Source of the DNA: Raja brachyura
Lineage: Eukaryota
DNA length: 64,000 nt
Reading direction: 5' to 3'
Assembly: GCA_963514005.1 (NCBI GenBank)
Contig: OY740808.1
Coordinates: 6,572,001 to 6,636,000, forward strand
A program made the position numbers and the translations under genes. The notes beneath the pieces are model-generated. The model was not told the DNA's origin, made no database searches, and saw only the letters and a program-made list of their open reading frames with translations. Positions 37,563 to 50,618 of the stretch are shown here, in pieces (the first letter of the stretch is position 1; every line of letters starts with the position of its first letter).

Positions 37563-37700
37563 AAATTCCGCTCTTCTATGTATTGAATGCACGAATTACA
37601 TTTGGTAATGTGAATACGTGCAACAGCCTCAAGGCTGCAACTCCTCAGACCAACCAAGGATCAGAGAGCAACTTAACAGTGCCAACAATGTCTATCACAG
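37563..37700 (+). CDS. ANKRD13A: ANKRD13A exon 12 (EIPLFYVLNARITFGNVN...)
   Basis: The 5' boundary is firm. The 3' donor ACAG|gttcgt was chosen for phase-1 consistency. Confidence 0.85.
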
Positions 37701-38428
37701 GTTCGTATGCTGCATTTGTTGCCCACCTCGGTAATTTTGCTCGGAGTTCTCAATTTAATTTTGATAAGTGGTTTGTGTGAGGGTTGCTAAGATTTGCCCA
37801 TTTTCGACAGAGATTGCACTGTTGCAAACATAACCTTGCAACGGGCAACTCCATCAAACAACTTTGTACTGACGCCTTTGAGTCTGTGTGGAATTCCATC
37901 TTTCTCATTGTACTGGAAAAGAGTTAGAAAAGGGTGGTTTTCTTGACGCCTGTAGGTAGCACCATCATAACTTAAGTTCATAGTCATAGGAGCAGAATTA
38001 GGGCATTCGGCCCATTGAGTCTACTCCGCCATTCATTCATGGCTACGCTATCTTTCCCTCTCAACCCCATTCTCCTTCCTTCTCCCAATAATCCTTGACA
38101 CTGGTAGTAATTAAGAATTTGTCAATTCTGCCTTAAAATATTCTATGACTTGGCCTCTACATAGTTAAGAAAGGTCGAGGTATATGTGTCAGATGGAAGG
38201 GATCAGTGTAGATGGGCATATTTGACAGTGTGGACCTGTTGGGCCGAACGGCCTGTTTTTGTTATATCTATATCCACTTTTTTTGTTTATGTTTACATAT
38301 TCTATTGTGCTGCTGCAAGTAAGAATTCTATTGTTCTCTCTGGGACATGACAAAACTCTCTTGACTCATTGCACATTTACTACGCCGAATTGCTGCATTT
38401 GAGAGTTAATCTGTTCTACTGTCGTTAG

Positions 38429-38595
38429 ACTCTAGCTTTGAAGTGGACCCATCCGTTTTTGCCATTCCTGAAAATTACCACGTCCGTGGAGGCCGACGGA
38501 ACGTGGTGAGTCGAGTGGATGGGGATGAGAATGACCAACTGATCCAGCTTGCAATCCAGCAGAGTCTGCTGGACTCCCATTCCGACGGCAATGAA
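38429..38595 (+). CDS. ANKRD13A: ANKRD13A exon 13 (FEVDPSVFAIPENY... UIM DQLIQLAIQQSLLDS)
   Basis: 167 nt, ttag/gtgagt boundaries, UIM consensus. Confidence 0.9.
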
Positions 38596-38694
38596 GTGAG
38601 TTTGGCATTGCGGCCTGATATTTAATGAGGCGCTTCCTCATTGCACTTGACTTAAGATGTTAACTCTTGGTTGGATATGATTCCTTAAATTACC

Positions 38695-39065
38695 AAATAG
38701 TGAGAGGCATGGAGAGAGTGGATGTGAGGAGGATGTTTCCACTAGTGTGAGTGTCTCGAACCAGAGGGCATAGCTTCAGGGGGAATAAAAGATCGTACCT
38801 TTAGAAAGGAGATGAGGAGGAAATTCATTAATCAGAGGTTAGTGAATCTGTGGAATTAATTACCACAGACGGCTATGGAGGCCAAGTAATTGGGTATTTT
38901 TAAAGCGGAGGTTGACCGGTTCTTGATTAGTAAGGGTGTCAAAGGTTATGGGGAGAAGGCAGAGGAATGAGGTTAAGAGGGAATGATAGATCAACCACGA
39001 TTGAACGGCAGAGTAGATTTGATGGGCCGATTGGCCTAATTATGCTCCTATAACCTATGAACTGA
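38695..39065 (+). mobile_element. CR1 3' fragment
   Basis: Similar to the tails at 16100-16625 and 17250-17540. Confidence 0.8.
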
Positions 39066-39546
39066 TGAACCATTGAGTGAATTTTATCGCGTCCTTTGTT
39101 TTTCTTGAATATTAAAGAGCTTTAAAACAGTGAATTGTCTGAGTTCTATTCATAGTTAGTGGAATGTAATAGCCAAGGTAAGTTTTAAAAAAAAAACACA
39201 ATGAGCAAGTGAATGATTAGTGATATTGAGTGAACAATATCAGCAAGGCTGTTAAGGGATATCTTGCATCTGTTTGAACAGCTCTACGGTACTTACAAGC
39301 CAGATGGTAGTATCGGCCTGAATTAAAGTGGGCAGCTTGGCATTAATTTAGACTATCCTAACAAGAATCTGATATAATCTGCTGAGCCATGTCTCCATGC
39401 AAACACTGTGGTCAATTGTCTCAAACACAGCAGTGCCTCGCATTCTGCGGCTCTGATACGCCAATAGAATTTGCACGGTAAATGCACATAACAACTGCGC
39501 AGTTGTGAAAAATATAAAATTATGTTTCTGGATTTTTACCTTTTAG

Positions 39547-39614
39547 GCTGCATGGGAAATGGTTCCCAGCAGGAGTTTGTTGTCGGAACAGAACTTGAAC
39601 CAAGAGAGTGAGAG
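39547..39614 (+). CDS. ANKRD13A: ANKRD13A exon 14 (AAWEMVPSRSLLSEQNLNQESE)
   Basis: 68 nt, tttttag/gtaaag boundaries; phase 0 to 2 bridges exons 13 and 15. Confidence 0.82.
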
Positions 39615-40771
39615 GTAAAGGAATTTTACTTTACAGAAATGTTATTTTGCGTACAAAATAATATTTGTCCCCTTATTTCTTTTGCTTTTATGTTTTGTAT
39701 TGAAAGATCTGAAGATAAGCTGTGATAAAGCAAATATTTTTTGGAGACAAGGGGATTATATTACTGTCCGATTTGGGATCAAAATATTTAAGTTAAAGAT
39801 AGATGGTTTAATTGCACAGCAATTGTACAACAATTTAAATATTTATTGAAACACTAAATTGTCCTCTCACCATCCTTGAAATCTGGTTAACAGCGCCTCA
39901 TAATATTTTGGTGCTTGTTTTTCCATATGTGTATGAGCAGTTTGAAAGACAAATTGACCTTTTATTGCAAGAATTTCACTGTTCCATTGTCGGTACATAT
40001 GACAATTAAACCCTCTTGGCCTCTGCAAGGAAATCGGAAGAGAAAGAAAGATTTGCTGCAACTGGTTTGATGACACCACATCTAGAATACTGTGGTACAA
40101 CCTGACCAAGGAGAGAGGCAGAATAATAAAAGGATTCTTACGAGTTTGAAGAGGCTTAAGAGGATGGGTCGATGCTTCTGAATGAGAGATCTCCTTCAGA
40201 CATCAATTTCAAAGAGGGCTGCCCAGACTAGAAGCTGAGAGGATGATTTTTTTTAACTGGAGAACCTAGAATCAGGGCTGTAGTCTTGGGATGAGTGGTT
40301 AACAAGCTGGGACTGAGAAGGAAAGGTATACGTACTGAGGATTGGGACTGTTTGAAATTCTCTACCTTTGATTGTTATGTGGATTCAATCATTGAGTATA
40401 TTCAAGGCTGAAAATATTTTTGGACTCTTGGGGGAGTACGTGATCAGGTGGGAAAGTGCAGTTGAGCCAAAGGTTCAGTTGTGATCTTGTTGGCAGAGCA
40501 TGTGGACTCCCTCCAGGTATTTTTCACCTTATTTTACAACGGGGGGCCTTATGATTAACAATCCCTTTCTGTTTCTTTCTCATTTTTCAAAAAAACCCAG
40601 CACTGCTCTGCTGGGGAGCCGCTGCCTAGAATGTGAATAGGTGGAGATGAGTGATAGGCACCCAGGGTCCAACCTGAACTGGGCTGCAATTGGAAGGGTA
40701 AACTACCCTTAAATTGGACTGTGCGAATACTCCTTAAATGTAACTAATCTTTAGTAATGTGACTCTTCCAG

Positions 40772-40961
40772 GGCGATCAGCGAGAGCATTATAGCTGGCT
40801 CTCCCAGCTCTCCATACATAAGCCAGTTCTCCACCTACAACACACAGTTGCAGTACGCCATGGAGCTTTCTGCCAAAGATCTTGAGGAGCAAGAGGAAAG
40901 ACAGAGAGAGGAAGAGACGATGCTGAAGCATATTTTGGAGCTCTCTCTCCAGGAGCAGTGA
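40772..40961 (+). CDS. ANKRD13A: ANKRD13A exon 15, terminal (AISES... QLQYAMELSAKD... LELSLQEQ*)
   Basis: UIM motifs, TGA at 40959-40961, AATAAA near 41046. Confidence 0.93.
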
Positions 40962-42650
40962 AGGCTCCACGTTAGCCATTTGAAACGGGTGCACAGCACT
41001 TTATTAACCAGTTACAACCGTGAAATTAATCGGACTGTTTTAAAAAATAAAAGGCTTTTTTTCTCCATGGTTTTGACATTTCAGTGATCAGTCTGCATGG
41101 CCAGCAGATTGTGTCGATGGGTTCTTTCCTTCCCCGATGCAGTGATATGTAGCATTCACCAGCACTGGCTGTAAGCCTTCTTCCTTGCACAGTCCAAATG
41201 TCCTGGAAACCACAATATTATCTAATGCCTACTTTACAGATCAAGAAATTCAGTCAATCTTTTGACACAATTTTGAGCTTACTTTGATGCTGTTTTATTG
41301 CATTGTTTTTCTAATGGCCAAATTGCCCTGGCATTAAAATACATTTCTTAAGCAACTGGCAAACCACAGACAGGTTTTATAAAAGAGACTCCAATGTTCT
41401 GCCATTTCCACTCAGTTCGCCCCTTTAGAGATTGCATTTACAGCCATACTAAGTTCTTTGCAGGCTGCATTTGAACTCTGCATCAGGATTAAAGCAGGCG
41501 CAGTTGTACAACTTGCCCACACTTCGTTGCCTGTGTAGGTAGTGTTGGCACACCACTTTATTTGGGGAAAGGCCAAATTGCCTAGTCTTACATAGCAGCT
41601 GCTCGCTTCATCTCTATGGTTGCACGATTTTTCCTCCAGGGATTGCTGATTAGTGGCCAGTAGGAACCCTATCTGATTATTGCCCCCTCACCACCGTTCC
41701 CACACAAGCTAAGACCACCATCCGAGGATCAACATTAGGACCGTTTCATGTCATAGCAAGATATTGTGATGCACTCAGACCCCAATGCAAAAGACTTTGA
41801 ATGATGAATGTCATTTGGTCTAAAATGAAAAACAAAAAACTATATTTTTTTGCTTTTTGAGCATTTAATTTTGGTCTGCAGAAGTGAATGCCCGCACTCT
41901 GATTCTGGTGAAATGTGAAATTACTTTTCTCCATTTATAAAGGGAGGAAGAAATAAAATAAGAGCAATGTTAATCATTTCAGATATCTTAATCTTTGTAA
42001 AAAGGTTTAACTTATACTTTGAAATGAGACTGTACACTGTAGTTTTGCAGAAGTGTGCTTTTACTCTTTTCTCTGAATTATGTAAGTAAAAAGAAAACTA
42101 AACCTGGTTTATTTGTGAGTTTAATTTAATGAATAGTTTAAGAAACTATTTCCCTGTAGGTTCCCGCTCGGTATCATAGTCTTCTGGTCATAGACTATGT
42201 ATCATTACAATTAAGGTTTCCAGATAAATTATTATTGGTTCTCAAGGCAATCAATAAGAATGTATGTAGGATTGCAATCATTTTAAACTCCCATCGATTT
42301 GAGGTTTTCTTAAGAACATGGAGATCTCTGGAGAAATGGATAGATGACATTGTTCAATCTATAAAAGGGTCTTGACCTGAAACCTCACCTATCCATGATC
42401 TCCAGAGATGCTACCATGATCTGTATAATTATTCCAGCACTTTGTCCTTTGGTGAGTGGTGAACCACTTTGGAGATAGTAATCATGCAAATGATTGTTGC
42501 TTCTCCCAAAGGCCAAAATAGCAGTTGGAGGTGTTTCTACATACAACTTTTATGCTCTATCAATGCTACTTTGCAACACTGATGGTATCACAGTGCAGAT
42601 GTAACTGTCTTTATCAGCACCATGAAGTTGTTACATTGATCCCCTCACCA

Positions 42651-42880
42651 AAGGACACAAAGTGCTGGAATAACTGAATGGGTCAGGCAGCATCTTTGGA
42701 GAACATGGATAGATGACATCTCTGGTCAAGGCTCATCTACAGTGTGAAGAAGTGTCTCAACCTAATACATCACCTCTCCATGTTCTCCAGAGATGCTGCT
42801 TCACCTGTTAAGTTACTCCAGCACTTTGTGGGCTTTTGTGTATAAACCAGCATCTGCAGTTTCATGTTTCTACATTTTAG
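42651..42880. mobile_element. Fold-back Penelope-derived short element
   Basis: TSD tcccctcacca at 42640-42650 and 42881-42891. Confidence 0.75.
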
Positions 42881-45441
42881 TCCCCTCACCATTTAAAACC
42901 CAGCATGTTAGCTAAATTCTTCACCACTTCATTAGTTTAATCAGTAATGATGCTTATTGAAGTTCTTCACCTGGAAAACATGCTTTCTTGCAGAAATGCT
43001 GTGGGGGAGCATTTACTCAATGTTAGAGGACAAGGGAGGTTTTAAACAAATGTTCAAGACCAGTGCAATTGCCAGAAATGTTTCCACACTTGCTCAAACT
43101 AAATTTCAGTCAATTGGACACCATATTAAATGTAACATGAGTGCATATAATTTCTGTAATATCTATTTTAAAAATTTAGTCTGAAAACTGGGAAACTGCT
43201 ATGAATTCAAAACTTAAATTGTACATTCCATGTCTGTCTTTGATTAAAAAGACTGCAAATCATGGATGTGAAAGCAATCAAAATGTAGTTTATAGTTAGA
43301 TTTATACAGTACTTTCAATGATGTGGGACCTTTCAAATCAATTACTGACAGATGAACTGTTAGTTTAGTTTAGAGCTGCAGCGCAGAAACAGGCCCTTTG
43401 GCCCACCAAATTCACACCGGCCAGCGATACCCACACACTATCCTACATCCACTAGAGACAATTACACTAAAACCAAGCCAATTTACCTACATACCTGTAT
43501 GTCTAGTGTGTGGTAGGAAACCGAAGATCCACGAGGGCACAGGGAATTTGTTAATTTGTAGGTAATTAAAACACCTAATTAGCAGTCGCAAACAAGCAAT
43601 CCAACTGTTTACTTAGCATTGCCAGACTAAAAATTACCTTTCATTTCAATGCTATTATGGGATTTTCTTTATCAGAATCTATTTGAGTAAAGATTCAATA
43701 GGTATATCTAAAATCTCTGACTATGCAGCATTCTAAAAGTGTTCAGTTTAAGCCTCGGCCTGTGAACTTTCCACATGTGCTAATATTGTTGCAAACACTA
43801 AATGAGTCCCAGGCATATCTTCTTATAATTCCCTGAAAAAAAATGCTGAATTATAAAACGGCATCATTAGTATATTATTGGAAGTGTCTGGTCAGTATAA
43901 ATCCCGTACCACCAAGATAACAATAGACAGACAGTGTCATTGAACACTCCTGGGTAAAATGTAACAAATGCCAAAATAAGTCGGGCAGTGTTGGGCAAAA
44001 TAAGCTTGTAAAATATTTCAGTAGTGCATCAATGCTTGTTTTTAGAAGACCAATACCAGGCAGTGGTTTGCAAATATTTTAAAATATTTTTGACAGGGTT
44101 GACTTGATTTTTTTTTCCCCCAGTCAAACTCAGTGAGATTCCATTCTGGAATTTCAATTTTAAATCTTATAACAATAACAAGATACACCAGGAAGGAATA
44201 ATATAGTAAAACAAGAAAATCTGTGCAAAGTTAACGAATGCTACCATTTATTAAAGTGACTAACCAATTTTCTGAGCATACTAAGAACATCAACAAAAAC
44301 ATTACATCTGTACTTAACTGGCAGCAAAGATCATACAGAATTTGTTCAATTCTCAACAAGAGTCAAACAGTCTTCAAAATGGAATGAGTATTTCAAAAAA
44401 GGTGTACATACAGGTTCTGTTTAATTGCACTGTTACCTTACAGCATGTTTTAGAAGTGGTAGGTGGCTTGAAGTATACAATTTTTACCATTATACAATAA
44501 CCATTTTTAAAATATAAAATCACCATTGCCCCAAATTTTATTGCCTGTCCTTTACTAGACTAATTGACCACACCAAGTGCAATTTTATCAGCACCAATAT
44601 GGCTGGATTGGTGATGCAATCATGGAAAAGAGAAACCTATTCCAATTAATCTTTGTGTGGATAGCAGGTATCAAATGAAACCATAGAATGTATTGGTTAA
44701 ATGATTTGCAAATCCTCTAATTAAATAATTACTTGTCCTCCTTCAAATAGCTTGATAGAACCAGTATCCTTTTGGAATCTGGTCTACCTTGTTCATAGAT
44801 TTGTAAACTATTCACTATTTTAAGTGCAAAACACCTTTCCAATCCTTGCATAATCCTTCCATTTCATTCAACACCTTGCACTTAACACTTCAATAGTGCA
44901 ACGATGTGCACAGCAGTGGCGAGCCATTATATAGCATAAGGACACAAAAGAAGAACAAGTTGATTACTATTTTGTCCCCATCTAAGCTTGCATGTTACTC
45001 CTTAAAAAAAACTATTGTATTTAAACTTTAACTGTATTTAAATATTTTCCACATCTAAGTTAACTTTCATCCATATAACACAAACAGAAATCCTTTGCTT
45101 TTACAGTAAAACCAAATAGCTCTGCAGTAACTTCACATTACAAACACTGGTTGAGTGAGATATCCTTTTCTAGCTAGAAAAGGGCCTTGTAAATCAAATG
45201 GTTGCTGGATGATATTGTTTGCTTGGAATAAAACATTACCCTTAACCAAAATGAATTTGGAGAATGAATTCCAACATTCAGTTCCTAATTGGGTAAAAGT
45301 ATGTGACGTTCTGCCTTGACCAAGTTAACACACTGAGTTGCCTCAACATTAACAAAGATGTAACATTTTTAATTTTGTACATTTAGACTCTACCTGCTCA
45401 ATTAGCGGCAGAAAAGGACATACATAGAACATACAACAGTA

Positions 45442-45573
45442 GAGTCTGCAGAAGGGTCTCGATCTGAAACGTCACCCATTCCTTTTCTCCAGAGATGATG
45501 CCTGACCCGCTGAGTTACTCCAGCTTTTTGTGCCTGCCTTCGGTTTAAACCAGCATCGGCAGTTCCTCCCTAA
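45442..45573 (+). mobile_element. 132-bp copy of the same short element with 11-bp TSD (core mutated to CUGCAGA)
   Basis: atacaacagta at 45431-45441 and 45574-45584. Confidence 0.8.
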
Positions 45574-48500
45574 ATACAACAGTACGGCACAGGAACAGGC
45601 CCACACTATCCATGCCGAACATGATGCTAAGTTACACTAATCTCCTCTGCCTGAACGCGATCCATATCCCTCCACATCCAGGTGACTCTCCAAAAGCTAC
45701 AAATATCTGCCTCTACCACCAGCCTGGCAGTGTGTTCTGAACACCTACCACTCAGTATAAATAAAAAAAACTTGCCGCAAAATAGACTGGAGGAGCAATG
45801 CAGGATGGTTCAGCAGTCATTAAAATTGGAGCAGCAATAATTTAATCAAAACTTTTCATCATACTGAGAGGCAAACCACTGTGACAGAAAAGGAAAGCTC
45901 TTGGGGCTAAAGGAATCAAGGGATATGGGGGGGGAGCAAGCAGGAACAGGTTACTGGTTTTAGATGATCAGCCATGATTATGGTGAATGGCAGTGCTGGC
46001 TCGAAGGGCCAAATGGCCTACACCTGCACCTATTTTTCTATGAAAATAAGTGCAGCAGTACTATACATGTACATTTCACACATTCAATTAAAGAAATTTA
46101 AAACTTAAAAATAAATAACTTGTCCAGTGTGCAATAAAGATTAAGGAAAAATTCCAGTTCATCTTTAAAACAATAACTAGTGCAAAGTCAAACTGTGCGC
46201 ATTATTAGCAGTACTAAAAACAGACCTTACTGTAGATTATTTTAAGTACAGATGTTTGCAAATGGTAAAGCTGGGCCAAATATGGTACACAGCTTTCAAA
46301 TTGTCAGGTCTATAATACCCTCAACTGGTTTCTTAAAAAGGTACAAGTACACAAGCCAGATTGTAAACAGTGCATATTATTACTAACATTGATTAGAGTT
46401 TCTCTCAAGACTTAAGAACTAACATCCTGCTGTCTGCATTAAGAAAGTTCACTGCCTTGTTTCACATTTCAAAACTTTTTTTAAATATTCGTTTCAGTAA
46501 ATAGATGCCATTGCCCATCTCCAAAAGACCTTGGTGGTGAGCTGCTTTCTTTAACTGTTGCCGTTATTGTGTTGAAAGTGCTCCCTCAATGCTGTCGGAC
46601 TTCCAGGATTTATATTGTGTGATGATGAAGGAGCAATTTATTTCCAAGTCAGGATGGTGCGCGATTCAAAAGCGAAACCTACTCATGAGTCTCAACCCGA
46701 AACGTCACCCATTATTTCTGTCCAGAGATGCTGCCTGTCCCGCTGAGTTACTCCAGCTTTTTGTATCTACCCACAGGGGATGAATTTCCAGTGAAGCTGC
46801 TTCCCTTGTTCCACTAGGTGGTAAGCAGTCATATGCTTGCAAGATGAAAGCAATTGGTTCCGAGAGAAACAATATCGCTTGCCGTCTACCAGAAGTGGGC
46901 ATTCACCCTTCTGCACCTTCTCTACCATTCAATAGGATCATAGACTGATCTTCCTCCACAGCTCCATTTTCACTTACTAACTCCATATGCTTTCATAACC
47001 AAAAATCAAACCCACACTGAATATACACAGCAGTCTCATCTCCACAGCCCTCAAATAAAGTAAAGTAGTCCAAAGATTCATTTCACTCCCCATCAATTAA
47101 GAAATGTCTCTTCCGTCAAGTTCAGAATGTCCCTTATTCAAACTGATCTTTGATCTGTTGAGAAGGCCCTATGAAGAGACATGATCTACATCTATCCTGA
47201 CAAATCATTAAAAAACTTTGTGCATTTCAATTAGATCACTTTCCTTCTTCCAACCTTCGGAGAGTAAAAAATTAGTCTACTTAATTTCTCCTCATAAAAC
47301 AAACATCTCAGAAATTAATCTTTGCTGCACACCCTCCATCATAAGTAAATCCCTTCATTAGGGTAGAGAGGCAGATCTATACACAATATTCCAGTGGCCT
47401 CACCAGGGTTATGGGGAATGTAACCTTTTGGTAACAGGCAAGGTAAAATCTGCTTTTAATCTGAATATATAACATAAAAATATAAATAAGTCAAGATGTT
47501 TAATATCCTTAACCAGGTGCAGGATATTGAGTTTCCCTGGTACTATCCAGCTTGATGTGAAAGATTATCATATCAGCAGCATCAATAATTAATTTAAAAA
47601 AAATTAGTGTCATTATTTAATTGCCATCAATTGTCTTCAGTACACATAACATGATTAATCTGGTCAAATGGTTTTGAAGTATCCAGTTCAGACAGGAGAT
47701 AGATAGATAGTAGCTTTTCATATCTTTGCCTGACCCACCAAGTTCCTCCAGCAGTTTGTTTTTTTTTGTTCCAGATTTCAGCATCTGCAGTCACATTCCC
47801 TCTGTAGTTGCCGATTTGTTTTTGAAATCGTTTAAAGTTAAAAGATTTACCTACAGTTACTTATGAAATCTCCAATCAGTAATTTCAAGATTTCTCATTA
47901 TTTAGCACGTTAAAACATGAAAATCCTGGTTTATCCTGATGTGGACTTTAGATTTTAGGGAAACAGGCCCACCGGCCCACCGACTATGTGCCGACCAATC
48001 TACTGACAAATTGAATATTAGATAAAATAGATAATAATTGCACCGTTCTATTACAGAATTCTTGAAAAATAGTGTTTTCTCGTAACAAAAAAATGTCAGT
48101 TTGTTAATTTTTTGTTCTCCAAGACTGATATTATTTGATGGGAGTGATGGAAGTTTATCAGACTATTAATGCAGGTTGTAATTGTTATTGTGCAGTAGAC
48201 TGCACTAGAACAATTTCATGCACCAGCCAGATTGGTCAAAAACACAATCCTTGATAGGCGAGACAGATTTCGCAGTTAGAAATACTCCTGTCAGTTAAGG
48301 AATGTCAGCTCTAGAAAAAAAAGTACCAATCTGAAACATGAACTCGGCTTCTTTCTTCACAAATGCTTTGCGAATAACAAATAATTTCCAATGCGTTCCC
48401 CCCACCATTTCCCCAAATCCATCCGGAATATCTTGGATCGATCCATGATCCTGTCTTGAAAGTTTATTGAATTTCTAAACTTAACCCACCCCTGCATCCA

Positions 48501-49187
48501 GAACAACCCTCCTAGCAAGTGGAAAGTAAGTAAATACATAATTAAAAATAGCACGTATAGTCAGTCAGACCACATGCTAGGTTTTGGAGTTCCTGCTATC
48601 TTTTCACCGTGAGATAACTCTTGGACTTTTGCTACAATTTACTAAACAAGCAGAACAGATACCCTACTACTACTACTACACACATACACACAAGGAAGGT
48701 TACAAAAAGATTGCTATCTATCCATGTGTGGCACTCTGGTTAGTGCCCATCTGCTACCGAATGTTTAATGCGAAGGATGAGGGAAGTGAAGGATAATGCC
48801 AATTTTGTCACAAAAGGATTTCCGACAGTTCATTGCACAGTATAATATCGCAGTTATGTCTCACTTTGCACTGTATATAAATTATTTGTAGATGTTAAAT
48901 GAAGATCTGGTGGCAGGCCACTTCTTCCCACCTTTTCAGATGTAGTTCGGAGTACATTTAACTGCACAGGACTTTCACAGGCCAGTCAGAAGCCAGATCT
49001 TCACATTGACTCGCATATTAGTCCATTAACAGTGTTCCAATCCTTTGGCAAAGTTGTCAAACGGAAGGAAAGTGCCAAAGTGATTGGCTTCACATGCACC
49101 TGGGGTGCCAGCAGGAAAGTAAACCACAATATTGAAGAAAAAAAATCTCTATTCAGCTGAACTTAAATGAAGAACTCCCAAACACTT

Positions 49188-49273
49188 TCACCGCCGACGG
49201 ATTGGTTTGTACACACAGATCACCATTATAATCATGATAAGAAGCAGAACGCTCAGGACACTGACGGTCAGAA
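49188..49273 (-). CDS. C12orf76: C12orf76 homolog exon 2 (VLTVSVLSVLLLIMIIMVICVYKPIRRR*)
   Basis: Polypyrimidine tract plus cag acceptor; transmembrane helix followed by CVYKPIRRR, as recalled for C12orf76 orthologs. Confidence 0.9.
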
Positions 49274-49456
49274 CTGTAAGAAGAAGATAAAAAGGAGCAT
49301 GTTAACAATTTAATGTATATTTACTGGAATGAGGTAGACAACATTATCCTATGTGGATTCAAGGAACTGCAGAAGCTGGTTTACAAAAAAAAGATACAAA
49401 AGTGTGGGAGTAACTCATGGAGAATGCGGATAGGTGACCGTTTCGGGTCGGGACCA

Positions 49457-49734
49457 TTTAGTTTAGAGATACAAAGCGGAAACAGGCTCTTCAACACACT
49501 GAGTCTACGCCTAACAATGATCACCGCGTACACTAGCTCTATCCTACAAACTAGGGACAATTTATAGAAGCCAATTAACCTACAAACCCATACATCTTTG
49601 GAATGCGGGAGGAAACCGGAGCACCCGGAGAAAAACCCACGTGGTCACAGGGAGAACGTACAAACTCCGTACAGACAGCACCCATTGTCTGGATCAAACT
49701 CGAGTCTCCGATGCTGTGAGGCAGCAGCTCTACC
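49457..49734 (-). mobile_element. tRNA-derived SINE
   Basis: Reverse complement of the same family. Confidence 0.8.
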
Positions 49735-49749
49735 AAAAGTCACTGGGCC

Positions 49750-50120
49750 ACCCTTCCTCAGACTGATTGTGGTGGTCAATGGGAATATAAAGCTGGAAGA
49801 GAGGTGCGGTAGCAAAAAGCTTGGTGAGGGATAGGTGGATACAGTTTAGGAGAGGTTTTTGACAGGAAGCTGGTTGGACAAAGGCCAGAGCTGAAAAGAC
49901 AAAAGGTGTGAGATCAGGATAGAAAAGGTTGAATAAAGGTAAATAAAGAGAAAGGAAGGGGAGGAGTAGGTAAGGAAGCAGGTGGGGCAGGAGCAAAGAG
50001 GAAGGAAGGATTGTTTGTAGGTAATTACCTACAATTGGAGAATTCAATACCCATCCATACTATTGGGTTGTAAGCTACCCGAGAGGAATATGAGGTGCTG
50101 CTCCTCCAGTTTCATGTGTG
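49750..50120 (-). mobile_element. Penelope-like 3' fragment in the C12orf76 intron
   Basis: Similar to 4600-4950 (gttgtaagctaccc...gaatatgaggtg). Confidence 0.65.
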
Positions 50121-50269
50121 GTTTGTATTCTCTGTTCAATGGGGGGAAAACTCATCTGGCGGGCCCCACGACTCGAACCCCCGACCTCCAGTGCTTCAAG
50201 CTTCAAGCGCCAAATGCACCAAGCCACAGGGGGCTTCCCTTCCCCTTTAATTCGTCCCTTAAAGGTTAA

Positions 50270-50600
50270 CTGCCCGCCGACATTTAGGGGGTACCGGGGC
50301 GTGAGGTGAAGAGAGGCGGTCAGAGCAGCGACGCGGCGGGCCCGGTCCCCGCCCCCGCGGGTAGGTCGCCCGGTCTATCCTCACCGACGTTCTGGTACTT
50401 GAGCACGCTGTAGGGCCGCTCCTGGACCCCCGGTGCCCCGTCCCGGTCCTGGCCCAGGGCGAGCCAAGGTAAAGCGGCCAACAGGCCGAGGGAGAGAAGA
50501 GGGGCCATTGCGCGGCGGCGGCGGCGGCGGCAGTGCCGGGTCCTAGTGCCCGCCGCCCGGCCGTCACCGCACGCAAGCCTATGGCATCATTCATTGGTCC
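50270..50600 (-). promoter_or_regulatory. CpG island / promoter of the C12orf76 homolog, with a CCAAT box near 50593-50597
   Basis: High CpG density, (GCC)n in the 5'UTR, and attgg on + (CCAAT on -) about 85 bp upstream of the ATG. Confidence 0.7.
50385..50508 (-). CDS. C12orf76: C12orf76 homolog exon 1 (signal peptide ... ERPYSVLKYQNV)
   Basis: ATG at 50508, 124 nt, phase 1, gtgagg donor, RPYxVLxxQN motif, within a CpG island. Confidence 0.9.
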
Positions 50601-50618
50601 ACACATCTGCCAGTCAAC

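Larger units (their letters stand above)
11080..40961 (+). other. ANKRD13A: ANKRD13A gene model: 15 coding exons, 1800 nt, 599 aa (ankyrin repeats, ANKRD13 central domain, C-terminal UIMs)
   Basis: All introns are GT-AG with compatible phases, and the exon lengths sum to 1800. Paralog assignment rests on synteny with GIT2 and C12orf76. Confidence 0.9.

Noticed and set aside
50155-50234. tRNA-like sequence on the minus strand (GGTTCGAGTC B-box)
   Set aside because: Cannot be folded into a cloverleaf; more likely a decayed SINE head than a tRNA gene.
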